In this document: piece by piece, positions 50,300 through 58,487 of the stretch
Layout: the number at the start of each line of letters is the position of its first letter
Numbering within the stretch: position 1 is the first letter of the stretch
Assembly: GCA_038232435.1 (NCBI GenBank)
Contig: JBBSHV010000001.1
Location: forward strand, 1-58,487
DNA from: Gemmatimonadales bacterium
GTDB lineage: Bacteria; Gemmatimonadota; Gemmatimonadetes; Gemmatimonadales; Gemmatimonadaceae
Length of the DNA: 58,487 nucleotides
Direction of reading: 5' to 3'
Notes under the pieces: model-generated
The model's database searches: none
The model's input: only the letters and a program-made list of their open reading frames with translations
Told to the model about the DNA's origin: nothing
Translations under genes and position numbers: made by a program

Positions 50300-50331
50300 C
50301 ACAACGGGCGCCCTCAAAGGCGCCCGTTGTG
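50300..50331. terminator. strong hairpin downstream of the DUF892 gene
   Basis: Perfect 12-13 bp stem (C)ACAACGGGCGCC-CTCAAA-GGCGCCCGTTGT(G). There is no U-tract on +, so terminator function is uncertain. Confidence 0.45.
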
Positions 50332-50392
50332 CCGGAGAGCTACCCGAAGTCCGGGGCTCACGTTATTCCGTCCGAATGACGTAACTTACGGC

Positions 50393-51202
50393 ATGCGCCT
50401 TTGCCCAGCCGATCCCGATTCGCCGCCTCGCCTGCGGGACGAGGATGCCGTTGCCGACGACCTACCGAGCCAAGACAAGCTCGCCTCCAAGACGGCCAAG
50501 CGCCTGGACGCGCTCGCGTCGCTACAGGCCAAGCTGTACGCCGATGGGCGTTACGCGCTACTTGTCGTGTTGCAGGGAAGAGATGCGTCGGGTAAAGACG
50601 GTACGATCCGTAAAGTGTTTGGCGCGTTCAATCCACAGGGATGCGCCGTCACCAGCTTCAAGGAGCCGTCTCCGCTGGAGCGGAAACACGACTTCCTGTG
50701 GCGGATACACTGCGCCGTACCGCCGCGCGGAATGGTTGGAGTGTTCAACCGGTCGCAGTACGAGGACGTCATCGTCCCGCGCGTGCACGGCACGGTTGCC
50801 AAACCGATTATCAACTCGCGCTACGATCAGATCAATGACTTCGAGCGCATGTTGGTTCAGAACAACGTGATAGTGCTGAAGTTCTTCCTGCACATCTCCC
50901 GGGCCGAGCAGCGAAAACGGTTGCTGAAACGCGTAGAGGAGCCGAAGAAGAACTGGAAGTTTCGTGAGGGGGATCTGGACGAACGCAAGCTGTGGGAAGA
51001 GTACACCGAGGCGTATCGTGACATGATCACGTACTGCTCCATGCCGGAATCTCCGTGGTACGTTGTTCCGTCCGATGACAAGCCAGCGCGCGACTATCTC
51101 ATAGCGGGCACGGTCGCGCGGACGATGAAGCGGCTCAAACTGCGTTACCCCGAAGCGGATCCCAACGCGCTACTACGGGCTGAACAGGCGCTCTGTTCTT
51201 GA
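50393..51202 (+). CDS. PPK2-family polyphosphate:nucleotide phosphotransferase (single domain)
   Basis: Contains LLVVLQGRDASGKDGTIRKVF (PPK2 Walker A), FNRSQYEDV, and WKFREGDLDERKLWEEY. ATG 50393 was chosen within ORF 50267..51202. Confidence 0.85.
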   Translation: MRLCPADPDSPPRLRDEDAVADDLPSQDKLASKTAKRLDALASLQAKLYADGRYALLVVLQGRDASGKDGTIRKVFGAFNPQGCAVTSFKEPSPLERKHDFLWRIHCAVPPRGMVGVFNRSQYEDVIVPRVHGTVAKPIINSRYDQINDFERMLVQNNVIVLKFFLHISRAEQRKRLLKRVEEPKKNWKFREGDLDERKLWEEYTEAYRDMITYCSMPESPWYVVPSDDKPARDYLIAGTVARTMKRLKLRYPEADPNALLRAEQALCS

Positions 51203-51296
51203 CCATGCAAGACAGCATAAGCCATTACATGCAACAGCGTTTAGTACAGGCACGCCGCGCAGTGAACCGCACGCGGGCACGCGGCATGCGCCGTCC

Positions 51297-52478
51297 TTGG
51301 ACGTGAACTCCAACGAAGCATCTGATTACTTCGCGGTCGCGTTTGGCGGTAAGCCCGATGTCGTTGCATCGGCCGCCGGCCGCGTGAACCTGATCGGCGA
51401 GCACTTGGATTACAATGGTGGCCAAGTGCTGCCAATGGCTATCGAGCGTCGCACCTGGGCCGCGGTGCGGCGGAGACAATCATCGCCTGGGTCCACCGCT
51501 ACGCTGAGCGTCGCTGCCTCGGCTAACGAGCGCGAGCGCGGCGAGTTCGACGCCACGCGCCCGGCCCGCGTGGGACAGTGGTGGGATTATGTTACGGGCG
51601 TCGCCGGCGCACTCGCCGCGGATGGATTGCAGCTTCCGCAATTCGAGATCGCTGTGGTGAGCGATGTGCCGCAGGGCGCGGGACTCAGCTCTTCGGCTGC
51701 GCTGGAGGTCGCCACCTCCAGCGCATTAGCGGCGCTGATCGGAAGCAGTATTGATGTGAAGGCGCGCGCCGCGGCGGCTTGGCGCGCGGAGACGCAGTTT
51801 GTCGGCGTTCCGTGCGGCATAATGGACCAGTTTGCGTCGGCGATGGGCGCGCCCGAGCACGCTCTGCACATCTGGTGCGATACCGCCCGCACTGAGCAGG
51901 TTCCGTTTACCGAAGCGGTGCTGATATTCGACACGGCGGTGCCGCGGTCACTCCGCGGCTCGGCATTTGAGCAGCGGCGCGCCGAGTGCGAAGAGGCGTT
52001 CCGGCTGCTGCGCGGACTGTATCCATCACTGCCGAACCTCGCTGCCGCAACGCCGGAGCAGGTCATAGCCGCGAGACTTCCCGCACCGCTGGATCGCCGC
52101 GCGCTGCACGTTGCCGAGGAGAATCGGCGCGTCGAGCGTGCTGTGGAGGCGTTGCGCGTCACCGGAGTGATTCCGGGTGAGATACTGTTCCAGTCACACG
52201 AATCGTTGCGATTGCTGTACGACGCTTCCACTCCTGAGCTGGACTGGTTTGTGGAGCATGCAGCGAACATCGACGGTGTACGCGGCGCACGTCTCACCGG
52301 GGCGGGGTGGGGTGGCTGCGCCATCGCCATTGGCGATCCGGAAGGGCTGAAGAGAGCAGCCGAGCAATTGCCGCCCGCTTACGAGGCGGCTTTTGGACTG
52401 GTGCCGCGCACGTGGCTCACCCACGCCGCGGCGGGGACCCGTGTTGATGTGGGACTTTCGAGCCGAAACTCCGGGTAA
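51297..52478 (+). CDS. galK: galactokinase (GHMP kinase)
   Basis: 393 aa. Galactokinase signature AAGRVNLIGEHLDYNGG, GHMP motif PQGAGLSSSAALEVA, and GARLTGAGWGGCAIA. Confidence 0.85.
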   Translation: MDVNSNEASDYFAVAFGGKPDVVASAAGRVNLIGEHLDYNGGQVLPMAIERRTWAAVRRRQSSPGSTATLSVAASANERERGEFDATRPARVGQWWDYVTGVAGALAADGLQLPQFEIAVVSDVPQGAGLSSSAALEVATSSALAALIGSSIDVKARAAAAWRAETQFVGVPCGIMDQFASAMGAPEHALHIWCDTARTEQVPFTEAVLIFDTAVPRSLRGSAFEQRRAECEEAFRLLRGLYPSLPNLAAATPEQVIAARLPAPLDRRALHVAEENRRVERAVEALRVTGVIPGEILFQSHESLRLLYDASTPELDWFVEHAANIDGVRGARLTGAGWGGCAIAIGDPEGLKRAAEQLPPAYEAAFGLVPRTWLTHAAAGTRVDVGLSSRNSG

Positions 52479-52581
52479 CACCCGCGAATAGCAAGCGCCG
52501 GCGACTGCTGCGTACTTGTAGCTGGTGTGTAACGCCAGACGGCGACCGTCGTCCTTGTGCCGTCATTACCCAACACACCAG

Positions 52582-53790
52582 ATGCACGCTGACTTCATGT
52601 TCGCGACCGGGATAGAGAACAGCTATCCCACACTCCGCTCCGGACGTCGCATTGATCAAATGGAAAAGTGCGGCCACTACGCACGGTGGGAGGAAGATTT
52701 CGCCCTCGTCCGTGAGCTGGGTATCGGTGCACTCCGGTATGGCCCCGCTTACTACCGCACGCATCCGTCGCCGAACCGGTTCGACTGGTCCTCCTGCGAC
52801 GATCCAATGCAGCGCATCAAGACACTTGGCATCGAGGTGATCGCGGATCTGTGCCACTTCGGAGTTCCGTCGTGGCTGGGAGGTTTTCAGGACCCTGCGT
52901 TCCCGGTTCTCTTCGCGCAGTACGCGGGCGCATTTGCGCGCAGGTATCCTTGGGTCCGCTACTTTACACCCGTGAACGAGATTTACGTTTGCGCCAGCTT
53001 CTCCGCGTTGCGTGGCTGGTGGAACGAATGCCTCACCAGCGAGGCTGCGTTTGTGCGTGCGCTGCGCAATCTGTGCATGGCGAACGAGTTGGCGGTGGAA
53101 GCGATCCTCGCAGAACGGCCGGACGCGATTATCGTGCAGGGCGAGTCGATGGAGCACTTCTTTCCGCAAGGACGTGCTGCGCAACGTGGCGCGGATCATC
53201 TCAACGCGCTTAAGCATCTGTCGCTCGATCTGACGATGGGGCACGAGTTGGAACACGGGATGGCGGCCTTCCTGAACCAGCACGGCGTGACGTCTAATGA
53301 CCTCAGCTTCTTCCGGGAGCGGCGGGGCGTTGGGCAGCGCTGGCTCGGAATCGACTATTATCCCACGTGTGAGCACCGTGTCGCTGCGTCTGGACGACAG
53401 ACGATGAATCGCAAGGCGTTGGGCTTCCGTCATCTCGCGATCGAGTATTACAACAGGTACCGCGTTCCACTCTTTCACTGCGAGACGAACCGCGTTAGCA
53501 AGTTTGCGGTGGATTGGCTGCGGGACCAGTGGGATGACGTCACCGCGCTGCATCGGGCGGGCATTCCGATTACGGGCTTCACCTGGTATTCTCTAACTGA
53601 TCAGATAGACTGGCAGCATGCGCTGCGCGTGGAACGGAACGACCTGCACCCGGTCGGCCTCTTCGACTTGGAGCGGCGCATACGTCCGGTAGGCACCGCG
53701 TACAAGGCGCTGATCCGGGCCAACCGAGACAGCATGATGAAGACGGATCAAGATGGAGCGGAAGACGAGGACTTCGCCAGCGTCGCGTGA
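52582..53790 (+). CDS. divergent glycoside hydrolase family 1-like protein
   Basis: Contains MHADFMFATGIENSYP, WEEDFALVRELGIGALRYG, VRYFTPVNEIYV (NEP-like position) and PLFHCETNRV (ENG-like position). ATG 52582 was chosen within ORF 52525..53790. Confidence 0.7.
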   Translation: MHADFMFATGIENSYPTLRSGRRIDQMEKCGHYARWEEDFALVRELGIGALRYGPAYYRTHPSPNRFDWSSCDDPMQRIKTLGIEVIADLCHFGVPSWLGGFQDPAFPVLFAQYAGAFARRYPWVRYFTPVNEIYVCASFSALRGWWNECLTSEAAFVRALRNLCMANELAVEAILAERPDAIIVQGESMEHFFPQGRAAQRGADHLNALKHLSLDLTMGHELEHGMAAFLNQHGVTSNDLSFFRERRGVGQRWLGIDYYPTCEHRVAASGRQTMNRKALGFRHLAIEYYNRYRVPLFHCETNRVSKFAVDWLRDQWDDVTALHRAGIPITGFTWYSLTDQIDWQHALRVERNDLHPVGLFDLERRIRPVGTAYKALIRANRDSMMKTDQDGAEDEDFASVA

Positions 53791-54628
53791 CACTGACAGC
53801 GACACTGCCGCTGAGGCCAGCCCGGTCGGCGTGACCGCGCCGGGTCCCATCCGTCGCGCGATACTTCCTTGCGGCGGCCGCGGCACGCGAATGTTGCCGC
53901 TTACCGGTGGCGCGCCCAAGGAGCTGCTGCCGCTCGCCGGCGTTCCCATTCTGCAGCACGTGTTGGCCGAATGTGCGCGCAGTAGGATCTCTTCGGTCCT
54001 GATCGTTGTCTCGCCGGAAAAGAGCGCGATCGTTGACTTCGCCGGTTCGCTCGCGGGTAACGCCGGCATGCCACACACCATACACTTCACGGCGCAGCCC
54101 GAGCCACGCGGATTGGCCGACGCGATCAGGTGCGGCCGCGACTTCGCGGCGAACGAGCCATTCGTTGTCGCCCTGCCGGACAATTTGTTTCTGGGTGCCG
54201 ACCCGGCCGTGGCCCAGGTCACCGCGGCTTTCTCGCAAGCGGCAATGAACGTCGTTGGGATGACGGAGGTACTCGAAGCCGACGCGTCTCGGCGCGGACC
54301 GACGCCGATCTACCCCGGTATCCGTCGTGACGATCTGTTCGGCATCGAGCGAGTTCCGGACAAGGGGGCGCACGCAGCCACGTTCGACACGCGCGGCGCC
54401 GCGTCCGCATTTACCGGTGTGGGCAGATACGTCTTCACCGACGAGGTTTTCGCGCTCATCGACGATGTCGCGCGAACACTTCCCGCTGACACCGAGCTGG
54501 ACGACATCCCAGTGATGCAGGCCTTGCTAGCGCAGGGAAGGCTCGTCGGCCGAGTGCTCCACGGGCGCTTTCTCGATGTGGGTCTGCCGCAAGGCTATCG
54601 CGAAGCTGCCGACTTGGTACGGCACTAG
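53753..54628 (+). CDS. sugar-1-phosphate nucleotidyltransferase (GalU/UGPase-like)
   Basis: Contains AILPCGGRGTRMLPLTGGAPKELLPLAGVPILQHVL (G-x-G-T-R motif), RGLADAI, and VALPDNLF. The start is uncertain: 53753 overlaps the previous gene by 38 nt, and GTG 53831 is an alternative. Confidence 0.75.
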   Translation: MERKTRTSPASRDTDSDTAAEASPVGVTAPGPIRRAILPCGGRGTRMLPLTGGAPKELLPLAGVPILQHVLAECARSRISSVLIVVSPEKSAIVDFAGSLAGNAGMPHTIHFTAQPEPRGLADAIRCGRDFAANEPFVVALPDNLFLGADPAVAQVTAAFSQAAMNVVGMTEVLEADASRRGPTPIYPGIRRDDLFGIERVPDKGAHAATFDTRGAASAFTGVGRYVFTDEVFALIDDVARTLPADTELDDIPVMQALLAQGRLVGRVLHGRFLDVGLPQGYREAADLVRH

Positions 54629-54684
54629 CGGAGCAGGGTAAGTTTGGCGATGCAATTTGACGGCGCCATGAGCGGATTGCTCAC

Positions 54685-55569
54685 ATGAACGTTTCCTTCC
54701 TTGGACTGGGGGCGATCGGCACGCCGATGGCGACGCATTTGTCCAGAGCGTGCAATCTTACGGTCTGGAACCGAACAGCATCGAAGGCCGATGCTTTCTC
54801 TGTGGCCCATGCGGCGCGCGTAGCGCGGACGCCGCGGGATGCAGCGCGGGACGCGGATGTATTCATCACGTGCTTCCCGACTTCGGTAGAAGTGGAAACG
54901 GTGCTATTCGGTCCGGAGAGTGCGGCCGATGCGCTGGCGCCTGGGAGCATCGTCATGGACTGCACCTCAGGCGATCCAGCAACCTCGCGAATTATCGCGG
55001 AGCGGCTGGCGGGCCGCGACGTTGCATTTCTCGACGCGCCAGTGAGCGGTGGCGTCATTGGCGCCGAGAAGGGAGCGCTCACCGTCATGTGCGGCGGCGA
55101 TGCCGCGACGCTGGAACGGCTGCGCGGTATCCTGGAAACATTCGCGGCCAAGATAGTGTTGTGCGGTCCAGTTGGATCTGGCGACGCCGTAAAGGCTGTG
55201 AACAACGCCTTGCTTGCGGTGCACATCTGGTCCACGGCTGAGGGGTTGGCGATGCTCTCCAAACTTGGAGTCGAAGCAGCTGTGGCGCTCGACGTCATCA
55301 ACGCTTCGAGTGGCCGCTCGAATACGTCCATGAATCTGTTTCCCGAGCGGGTGGTGACCAGAGCGTTCCCGAGGACGTTCCGGCTCGCGCTGCTGGAGAA
55401 AGACGCGGGCATCGCGGCCGCAATTGCGCGCGAGACCCGAACGCCCGCCGAAATCCTGGAGCTCACCGCACGCCTCTTCGCTGGCGCGCGGCGCGAGCTC
55501 GGAGAGGAGGCCGACCACGTGGAGGCAGCAAAGGTTGTCGAGCAGCGGGCGGGCACTGTAATCAGGTAG
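54685..55569 (+). CDS. NAD(P)-dependent beta-hydroxyacid dehydrogenase (3-hydroxyisobutyrate dehydrogenase family)
   Basis: 294 aa. Contains VSFLGLGAIGTPMATHL (Rossmann), FLDAPVSGGVIGAEKGALTVMCGG and GSGDAVKAVNN. Confidence 0.85.
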   Translation: MNVSFLGLGAIGTPMATHLSRACNLTVWNRTASKADAFSVAHAARVARTPRDAARDADVFITCFPTSVEVETVLFGPESAADALAPGSIVMDCTSGDPATSRIIAERLAGRDVAFLDAPVSGGVIGAEKGALTVMCGGDAATLERLRGILETFAAKIVLCGPVGSGDAVKAVNNALLAVHIWSTAEGLAMLSKLGVEAAVALDVINASSGRSNTSMNLFPERVVTRAFPRTFRLALLEKDAGIAAAIARETRTPAEILELTARLFAGARRELGEEADHVEAAKVVEQRAGTVIR

Positions 55570-55624
55570 GGCACGGCAAGGTGGCGTAAGGCGGCACCGC
55601 GTCGAACGTTATATTAGATCCGAA

Positions 55625-56173
55625 ATGACCGAGCAAAGCGAGACCATCCTCGACGCCCAGGCCGTCGAGCGTACACTGCGACGCATGGCGGACGAGATCG
55701 TCGAGGCCAACGGCGGGACGGACAATCTAATTATCGTCGGCATTCACCGGCGCGGCGTGCAGCTGGCTGAACGAATCGTGCAGCTGATACAGGCGAGCGA
55801 CTCCGTAACTGTTCCACTCGGAGCGCTCGACATCACGCTATATCGCGACGATCTGCAGACCGTGGGACCGCGACCTGTGGTGGGCGCGACGGCGCTGCCT
55901 CGCAGCATCGAGGGCGCGAACGTGGTAATTGTGGACGACGTGTTGTACACCGGCCGCACGATTCGCGCGGCACTGGACGAGCTGGCGGACTTCGGCCGCC
56001 CCGCCCGAATCCGCCTCGCCGCGCTGATAGATCGCGGTGGCCGAGAGCTTCCCATCCAGCCGGACGTCGTGGGCAGAGTAGTGGATGTGCGGAGCGGAGG
56101 CCGCGTGGACGTGTTGGTCCAGGAGCTGGATGGTCGCACCGCCGTTGTTCTGGCCAAGACGACGGCTGAATGA
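55625..56173 (+). CDS. pyrR: bifunctional pyr operon regulator / uracil phosphoribosyltransferase PyrR
   Basis: 182 aa. Contains [14 protein letters not shown] and [18 protein letters not shown] (PRPP-binding motif). Confidence 0.9.
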   Translation: MTEQSETILDAQAVERTLRRMADEIVEANGGTDNLIIVGIHRRGVQLAERIVQLIQASDSVTVPLGALDITLYRDDLQTVGPRPVVGATALPRSIEGANVVIVDDVLYTGRTIRAALDELADFGRPARIRLAALIDRGGRELPIQPDVVGRVVDVRSGGRVDVLVQELDGRTAVVLAKTTAE

Positions 56174-57135
56174 CCGCGCCGGCATCGATCGGGAAGGATC
56201 TCCTCGCACTCGAAGGGCTGAGCGGAGATCAAATCCGATTGATTCTGGACACTGCCGAGCCGTTCAAGGAAATCAGCGAGCGCGCCATAAAAAAAGTGCC
56301 AACCCTGCGCGGGTCAACCGTCGTGAATCTTTTTTTCGAGAACTCGACACGGACGCGCATCTCCTTCGAGTTCGCTGAGAAGCGTCTCTCCGCCGACACG
56401 GTGAACGTCGCGGCTGGCGGATCCAGCGTGGCCAAGGGAGAGACGCTCGTGGATACAGCGCGCAATCTCGAAGCAATGCGCATCGACATGGTGGTGATTC
56501 GCCATCCCGCGTCCGGCGCGGCCGCCTTCCTCGCGGAGCGCATCGAGTCTAACGTGATCAACGCTGGCGATGGTACGCACGAGCATCCGACGCAGGGACT
56601 GCTCGATCTGCTTACACTGCGTGACGAATTCGGCAGCCTCGAAGGGGTTAAGGTGTGCATCTGTGGTGATGTGTTGCACTCGCGCGTCGCGCGCTCGAAC
56701 ATATGGGGACTGCAGAAGCTGGGCGCGCAGGTGGCCGTATGCGGTCCTCGCTCGCTGCTTCCGTACGCAATAGACGATATGGGCGTCACTGTTTTTCCTC
56801 GCATCGAGGCAGCGATAGAGTGGGCCGATGCACTCAACGTGCTGCGATTGCAACTGGAGCGCATGTCGGCCGGATACATACCGTCGCTGCGCGAGTACAA
56901 CCGTGTCTTCGGCGTCACGCGGGAACGGCTGGACGGGGCCAAGCGCGACATCGTGATACTGCACCCGGGGCCGATGAACCGCGGCGTCGAGATTGATTCC
57001 GATGTGGCGGATGGCCCGCATAGCGTCATTCTCAATCAGGTCACTAACGGTGTCGCTGTACGCATGGCTGTTCTGTATCTGCTCTCCGGCGGGAAGCCGG
57101 AGCTGGCTGAAGCAGCCAAGACCGGAGCTGCATGA
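56170..57135 (+). CDS. pyrB: aspartate carbamoyltransferase catalytic subunit
   Basis: 321 aa. Contains [23 protein letters not shown] and [12 protein letters not shown]. Confidence 0.9.
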   Translation: MTAPASIGKDLLALEGLSGDQIRLILDTAEPFKEISERAIKKVPTLRGSTVVNLFFENSTRTRISFEFAEKRLSADTVNVAAGGSSVAKGETLVDTARNLEAMRIDMVVIRHPASGAAAFLAERIESNVINAGDGTHEHPTQGLLDLLTLRDEFGSLEGVKVCICGDVLHSRVARSNIWGLQKLGAQVAVCGPRSLLPYAIDDMGVTVFPRIEAAIEWADALNVLRLQLERMSAGYIPSLREYNRVFGVTRERLDGAKRDIVILHPGPMNRGVEIDSDVADGPHSVILNQVTNGVAVRMAVLYLLSGGKPELAEAAKTGAA

Positions 57136-58421
57136 CACGCCCAATCCTTTTCACGGGAGGCCGCGTCGTGGATCCTTCGCGCGGGCTGGACGAAATCGCC
57201 GACGTGCTGCTCGGCGACGGTATGATCAGCGCGATCGGTCGGGACATCGGCCGTCCTGACGATGCGACGGCGATCGATTGCGCTGGACTGATCGTGTCAC
57301 CCGGGTTTATCGACGTGCACTGCCACCTTCGCGAGCCGGGCCGGTCCGATGTTGAAACGATCGCGAGCGGCGCGAAGGCCGCTGCGGCAGGAGGATTCAC
57401 CGCGGTATGCGCGATGCCGAATACAGATCCCGTCACGGACAATCCAGCGGCGGTTGGCTACATCGTACGACAGGGACTACGTGCCGGCGCGGCACGGGTA
57501 TATCCCATCGGCGCGATTTCAGTGGGGCAGAATGGAGCGGCGCTGGCGGAGTTCGGCGAGATGGTCGACGCTGGCGCCGTGGCGGTAAGCGACGACGGTA
57601 AGCCGGTGGTGTCAGCGCAGTTGATGCGCTCAGCGCTGGAGTACGCGCAAACCTTTGACATTCCGGTCGTGGATCACTGCGAGGAGCCGACGCTCGCCGC
57701 CGGTGGCGCGATGAACGAGGGGCTTGTCTCGGCTCGGCTCGGGCTCAAGGGAATTCCGAGCGAGGCGGAGGAGATCATGGTGATCCGTGACATCCTGCTG
57801 GCTCGCCGCACGCGTGGCCACGTGCACCTGGCGCACATGAGCACCAAGGGCTCGGTGGAGCTGATCCGCTGGGGCAAGGAGCGTGGCGTCCGGGTTTCGG
57901 CGGAGGTGTGCCCGCACCATCTTTCGCTGACTGAACAGGCTGTCGAGGGCTACAACACCAATGCTAAGATGAATCCACCGCTCCGCACCCCGGAGGATGT
58001 CGAGGCGCTGCGCGAGGCCGTTCGCGACGGTACAATAGACGTCATCGCCACGGACCACGCGCCGCATCATTATGACGAAAAGGAGCGCGAGTTCGCCAAT
58101 GCTCCGAACGGAATCGTGGGGCTGGAAACGGCTTTGGCGGTGGTCGTGACCAGCCTTGTTGCAACCGGGATGATAGACTTCCCAACTCTAGTGGATCGCA
58201 TGTCGTGCGCGCCGGCTCGTCTGTTTCATCTCCCCGGCGGGACGCTGAAGCCGGGATCGGTGGCCGATGTGACGGTCTTCGACCCGGTGCGCAGGTGGAT
58301 AGTTGACCCAAAAGAGTTTCTTTCCAAGGGTAAAAACACTCCGTACCGAGGCGCCGAGCTCACCGGGCGCGCGGTACACGCAGTCGTGGGCGGCGAGTTA
58401 GTGTACACTCTCACGCAGTAG
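57132..58421 (+). CDS. pyrC: dihydroorotase (multifunctional-complex type, about 430 aa)
   Basis: 429 aa. Contains [28 protein letters not shown] and VIATDHAPH. Confidence 0.9.
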   Translation: MTRPILFTGGRVVDPSRGLDEIADVLLGDGMISAIGRDIGRPDDATAIDCAGLIVSPGFIDVHCHLREPGRSDVETIASGAKAAAAGGFTAVCAMPNTDPVTDNPAAVGYIVRQGLRAGAARVYPIGAISVGQNGAALAEFGEMVDAGAVAVSDDGKPVVSAQLMRSALEYAQTFDIPVVDHCEEPTLAAGGAMNEGLVSARLGLKGIPSEAEEIMVIRDILLARRTRGHVHLAHMSTKGSVELIRWGKERGVRVSAEVCPHHLSLTEQAVEGYNTNAKMNPPLRTPEDVEALREAVRDGTIDVIATDHAPHHYDEKEREFANAPNGIVGLETALAVVVTSLVATGMIDFPTLVDRMSCAPARLFHLPGGTLKPGSVADVTVFDPVRRWIVDPKEFLSKGKNTPYRGAELTGRAVHAVVGGELVYTLTQ

Positions 58422-58436
58422 CAGAGGTTGAGCGAG

Positions 58437-58487
58437 ATGACGTCAGCGGATACGGACGCGATGATGGCCCTGCAGGATCTGTTGGAT
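58437..58487 (+). CDS. start of an unidentified CDS (17 codons, runs off window)
   Basis: ATG 58437 has GAGG about 10 nt upstream and reads MTSADTDAMMALQDLLD. Too short to identify. Confidence 0.3.
   Translation, partial: MTSADTDAMMALQDLLD

Noticed and set aside
51204-51250. Repeated CATGCAA heptamers and a TGCAACAGCGTTT segment upstream of galK as a possible GalR/LacI operator
   Set aside because: It does not form the required palindrome (TGNAANCGNTTNCA half-sites do not match on the right arm). No LacI-family regulator gene is in the window.
52417-53553. 378-aa minus-strand ORF opposite the GH1-like gene
   Set aside because: No recognisable motif and Arg-rich composition. The + strand frame carries GH1-like blocks (ATGIENSYP, TPVNEI), so I treat it as a shadow ORF.
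54681-55574. 297-aa minus-strand ORF almost exactly mirroring the + strand dehydrogenase ORF
   Set aside because: The + strand product has the Rossmann GLGAIG motif and HIBADH-family signatures. The minus product is Ala/Ser/Arg-rich with no motif. Mirror ORFs like this are expected at high GC3.
55570-55624. PyrR-binding attenuator RNA upstream of pyrR/pyrB
   Set aside because: There is no sequence resembling the conserved PyrR binding loop (ARUCCAGAGAGGYU). pyrR-pyrB-pyrC overlap by 4 nt, so there are no internal leaders.
56229-57144. Two long minus-strand ORFs (268 and 276 aa) opposite pyrB
   Set aside because: pyrB on + has the STRTR, HPTQ and HPGP motifs. The antisense frames have none.

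Overview
High-GC (roughly 62-65% by eye) bacterial chromosomal segment. Gene content and protein style suggest a Gemmatimonadota-like or related FCB-group organism, but this is inference only.

I can support about 60 CDS, two tRNA-Ser genes, one cobalamin riboswitch, a few intrinsic-terminator-like hairpins and one short coding tandem repeat. All but five genes are on the + strand. Packing is extreme: many neighbours share 1-4 nt stop/start overlaps (ATGA, GTGA, TGATG).

The content is mostly housekeeping:
- Aminoacyl-tRNA and tRNA functions: asnS, argS, miaB, tadA.
- Nucleotide metabolism: mazG, deoB, cdd, purM, pyrR-pyrB-pyrC.
- Cofactor and central metabolism: alr, fbp, metK, and a ribD-ribE-ribBA-ribH-nusB block.
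- Carbon signalling: an hpf-hprK-mannose-family PTS-ptsH-ptsI block.
- Cobalamin uptake: a riboswitch-led btuF/C/D plus TonB-dependent receptor operon.
- Others: recO-selB, clpB, and a galK-centred sugar cluster.

I found no CRISPR array, IS element, integrase, phage gene or recognisable defence system. I cannot honestly point to a clearly novel system.

The less ordinary items are:
- An uncharacterised lipoprotein/outer-membrane protein/hybrid kinase triad, translationally coupled to alr-deoB-cdd.
- Head-to-head overlapping mazG/alr start codons.
- A mini DUF4157-like HExxH protein.
- An orphan selB coupled to recO.
- A secreted protein consisting only of a Por/T9SS-type C-terminal sorting-like domain.
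- A divergent GH1-like gene in the galK cluster.
- A divergent pair of unknown genes next to stress genes (DUF892, PPK2).

All product calls come from my own recognition of protein motifs. No database search was run.
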